Below, piece by piece: positions 17,616-20,000 of a DNA stretch of 20,000 bases; positions within the stretch are counted from its first letter, which is position 1, and every line of letters begins with the position of its first letter. Location: the sequence record SRR31156797_3768; one strand, 5' to 3'. The notes under the pieces are model-generated. The model was not told where the DNA came from, ran no database searches, and was given only the letters and a program-made list of their open reading frames with translations. Made by a program: the position numbers and the translations under genes.

Positions 17616-18383
17616 ATGGTTCAATTTGAACGGATCATTTTATTATTTTTCTTGTACTCATTTATCGGTTGGCTTTGGGAAACCATTTAATGCTCACTAA
17701 AAGCCAAGCACTTTGTTTATCGGGGCTTCCTTGTTGGTCCCATCACACCCATCTACGGCTTTGGGATTCTTGGCGTTGTCTATTTATTGCGGCCATTGCA
17801 TGAGCAAGTGATTCCACTGTTCTTTGCGGCAGCGTTGTTGGTTACCGTGCTTGAATATGTGACAAGTTATTTACTTGAGCGTTTTTTTCATGCCTCATGG
17901 TGGGATTATAAAGAAGTCCCATTGAATATCAATGGACGGGTGGCATTGCCGATTTCTCTTTTTTGGGGCGTGTGCTGTGTGCTCATTGTTCGATTTGTTC
18001 ATCCGCAAATGCTGGAGATTGTTCAAACATTGAGTGCTCGCGTAGGATTCTTATTGCCAGTTTTCTTATTAATGGTTCTCTCTTTTGATATGGGCTATAC
18101 CCTAGCTAACTTGGTTGCCTTTCAGAAAGCGGTGCAACAGGTCAATCAAGCCTTTGAACAGCACAAAAAAGAATTGGCTGAAAATATTGAGCAATATAAA
18201 AACGATTGGCAAGGGCGCTTCGCAGCGTTTCCAGAAGAATGGCGCGTATTAAAACAGAATCTACCGAGATTGAATTTCCATCAAAGAAGACTCTTAAAAA
18301 ACTTTCAAAAGTTAGAAATTAATCAGATAAAAAGCAGTCAGGAATTGTCTCGATTTATTGAAGCGATCCGTAAGAAAAAATAG
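17616..18383 (+). pseudogene. Putative ABC transporter permease (CmpB/DUF1113/TMEM229 family) with an in-frame stop at codon 25
   Basis: AAAGGAG RBS, ATG 17616: MVQFERIILLFFLYSFIGWLWETI*CSLKAKHFVYRGFLVGPITPIYGFG, continuing in frame into the 17787 ORF (LEYVTSYLLE..WWDY..NINGRV). TAA at 17688-17690. Confidence 0.85.
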
Positions 18384-18588
18384 GTTTGTTACGGTAAGAT
18401 TACAAAAAATAAACCCTTATCAATGCTGATTCTTCCCACTTCTGACTGATTTCAGTTGAAAAAGACGATTAAAACACCCACTATTACGATAATTTGTAAC
18501 AAATTGTAAAGGTCCTGCAATAAAATTCTTCTTAAGAATTTGTATAATAGGATATGTTGGAAAACATAGTGAGAAGTGAGGGAATTTT

Positions 18589-19782
18589 TTGAAGGCAAAG
18601 AAACTACGAACAATCGTTGTCGCTGTCTTTGCGGCAGGAATCGTTTCTCCAATCTTTGCGCAGGCTGAGTCACTTGAATCATTGCAAGAGCAAGAAAGTG
18701 CCGTCATGCAGCAAAGTCAGGAAATTAGTACGGAAGTACAGATTGCATTGACTGATGTGAATGCGAAATACAGTGAGGTAGAAGAGCTAAAAGCTCAAAT
18801 CGCTGAAAATGAAGAATCATTAGCAACAACCAAAGCAGAAATCAAAACTGCACAAGAAACAATTGAAAAGCGTGAAGCAGTCGTTGCGGAACGTATGAAA
18901 GACATCCAAGTCAATGGCGGGGCTACCAGAGACTGGACGGTACTGTTAGAATCATCAAACATCCAAGATTTTATCAATCGTGCCTATGCGATGACGATGT
19001 TACAAAACTTGGAAAAAGAAAAGATCGATTCATTAACAACTGAAAAAGAAAAGCTAGAAGCTTTAGAAGAAAAAGCACAGTCAACACAGCAATCATTGAA
19101 AGAAAATCAAACCGCATTAGAATCAGAAGCCAAAACACTGGATTCAAAAATTGCGAATCTACAAGCCCAATTGAAAGAAAACGAATCAACCTTGGCACAA
19201 ATCGCTTCAAGCAAAGAAGCTGAAACAGCTCGCTTAGCTGCTGAAAAAGCAGCAGAAGAACGAGCAGCCAAAGAAGCGGCAGAACAAGCAGCGAAAGAAA
19301 AAGCAGAAAAAGAAGCAGCCCAAGCTGCCGAACGTTCAAGCGCTTCTGAATCACAATCGGCTGCTTCATCGAGCAGCAATACGACTGAAAGCAGCACCTC
19401 ATCATCGAGCAGCTCTTCAAGCAGTAACAATAGCTCAAATAGCAGCTCAAGCAATAACAACAACAATAACAATAGCAACAACAGCAATACAAGTAGTGGT
19501 CGGACATTGATGATGGAATCAACTGCCTACTCTTATAAAGAAGCTGGCTCCAGTTTCTTTACAGCAAGCGGTACAGACTTACGTAAAAATCCAATGGCAG
19601 TTGCCGTGGATCCAAGCGTGATTCCGTTAGGCACCTTAGTCAATGTTGAAGGCTATGGCGTAGCACTAGCGCTTGATACTGGTGGCGCGATCAAAGGAAA
19701 TATCATTGATGTTCACTTTGATAACGTAGCACAATGTATCCAATGGGGACGTCGTCAAGTAAAAGTAACGATTCTCGATTAA
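18589..19782 (+). CDS. Secreted coiled-coil + 3D-domain protein (YocH/YuiC-type putative lytic transglycosylase) (397 aa)
   Basis: TTG start with GAGGGA RBS; signal peptide, PcsB-like coiled coil and Ser/Asn linker. 3D motifs MESTAY, TASG, AVAVDPSVIPLGT, ALDTGGAIKGNIIDVHF, WGRRQV. Confidence 0.92.
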   Translation: MKAKKLRTIVVAVFAAGIVSPIFAQAESLESLQEQESAVMQQSQEISTEVQIALTDVNAKYSEVEELKAQIAENEESLATTKAEIKTAQETIEKREAVVAERMKDIQVNGGATRDWTVLLESSNIQDFINRAYAMTMLQNLEKEKIDSLTTEKEKLEALEEKAQSTQQSLKENQTALESEAKTLDSKIANLQAQLKENESTLAQIASSKEAETARLAAEKAAEERAAKEAAEQAAKEKAEKEAAQAAERSSASESQSAASSSSNTTESSTSSSSSSSSSNNSSNSSSSNNNNNNNSNNSNTSSGRTLMMESTAYSYKEAGSSFFTASGTDLRKNPMAVAVDPSVIPLGTLVNVEGYGVALALDTGGAIKGNIIDVHFDNVAQCIQWGRRQVKVTILD

Positions 19783-19795
19783 TCAATCAACTAGC

Positions 19796-19835
19796 AAGAA
19801 GCAGCTCACTGAATGAAGTGGCTGCTTCTTTTTTT
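19796..19835 (+). terminator. Rho-independent terminator after the 3D-domain gene
   Basis: AAGAAGCAGC(T)CACT / AGTGGCTGCTTCTT followed by a T-run. Confidence 0.85.
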
Positions 19836-20000
19836 GCTTTTAATAGAATAAGGCATAAGTAGAGAGCGTATCGCTGTGTCAGTGCCGACCCGAACGATAC
19901 GCTCTGTTTTGATTTGAATTGCTCACAAGTCCTTACAATCGTTCTCTCAGTTATTTATTTTGTGGTGATCTAATCATACTAGAGAACGATATGTTTTTTA

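Noticed and set aside
17688-17690. Programmed readthrough or recoding at the internal stop
   Set aside because: TAA is not a Sec/Pyl codon and other genes here terminate at TAA. A point mutation or sequencing error is simpler.
18974-19522. Cys-rich and poly-Leu antisense ORFs (likewise the antisense ORFs at 13142-13591)
   Set aside because: Shadows of low-complexity linkers on the coding strand.

Overview
Chromosomal region of a low-GC Firmicute. Gene content suggests Enterococcus, probably the casseliflavus/gallinarum group (inference). I found no mobile element, CRISPR array, tRNA or rRNA. In order: a partial ABC exporter, a GNAT, a small hypothetical protein, a YafY-like HTH-WYL regulator divergent from a VOC/PhnB-like gene, an LCP protein, a CDF transporter, a ~770 bp intergenic gap, a type IIA P-type ATPase, and a MarR-nitroreductase-quinol monooxygenase-DUF1304 operon. 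These are followed by a PanT-like ECF S-component divergent from a TetR regulator, a SagA-like NlpC/P60 hydrolase with a GH73-3xSH3-LysM autolysin, a lipoprotein, a hypothetical protein, a CmpB/DUF1113-family permease broken by one in-frame TAA, and a coiled-coil + 3D-domain protein. The best candidate for an undescribed system is the TetR/panT divergon, whose two identical 18-bp palindromes each cover a predicted -35 element (candidate transcription-factor control of pantothenate uptake). Also notable: WalR-type boxes ahead of the cell-wall hydrolases, readable MarR and WYL operator candidates, and the nonsense codon.
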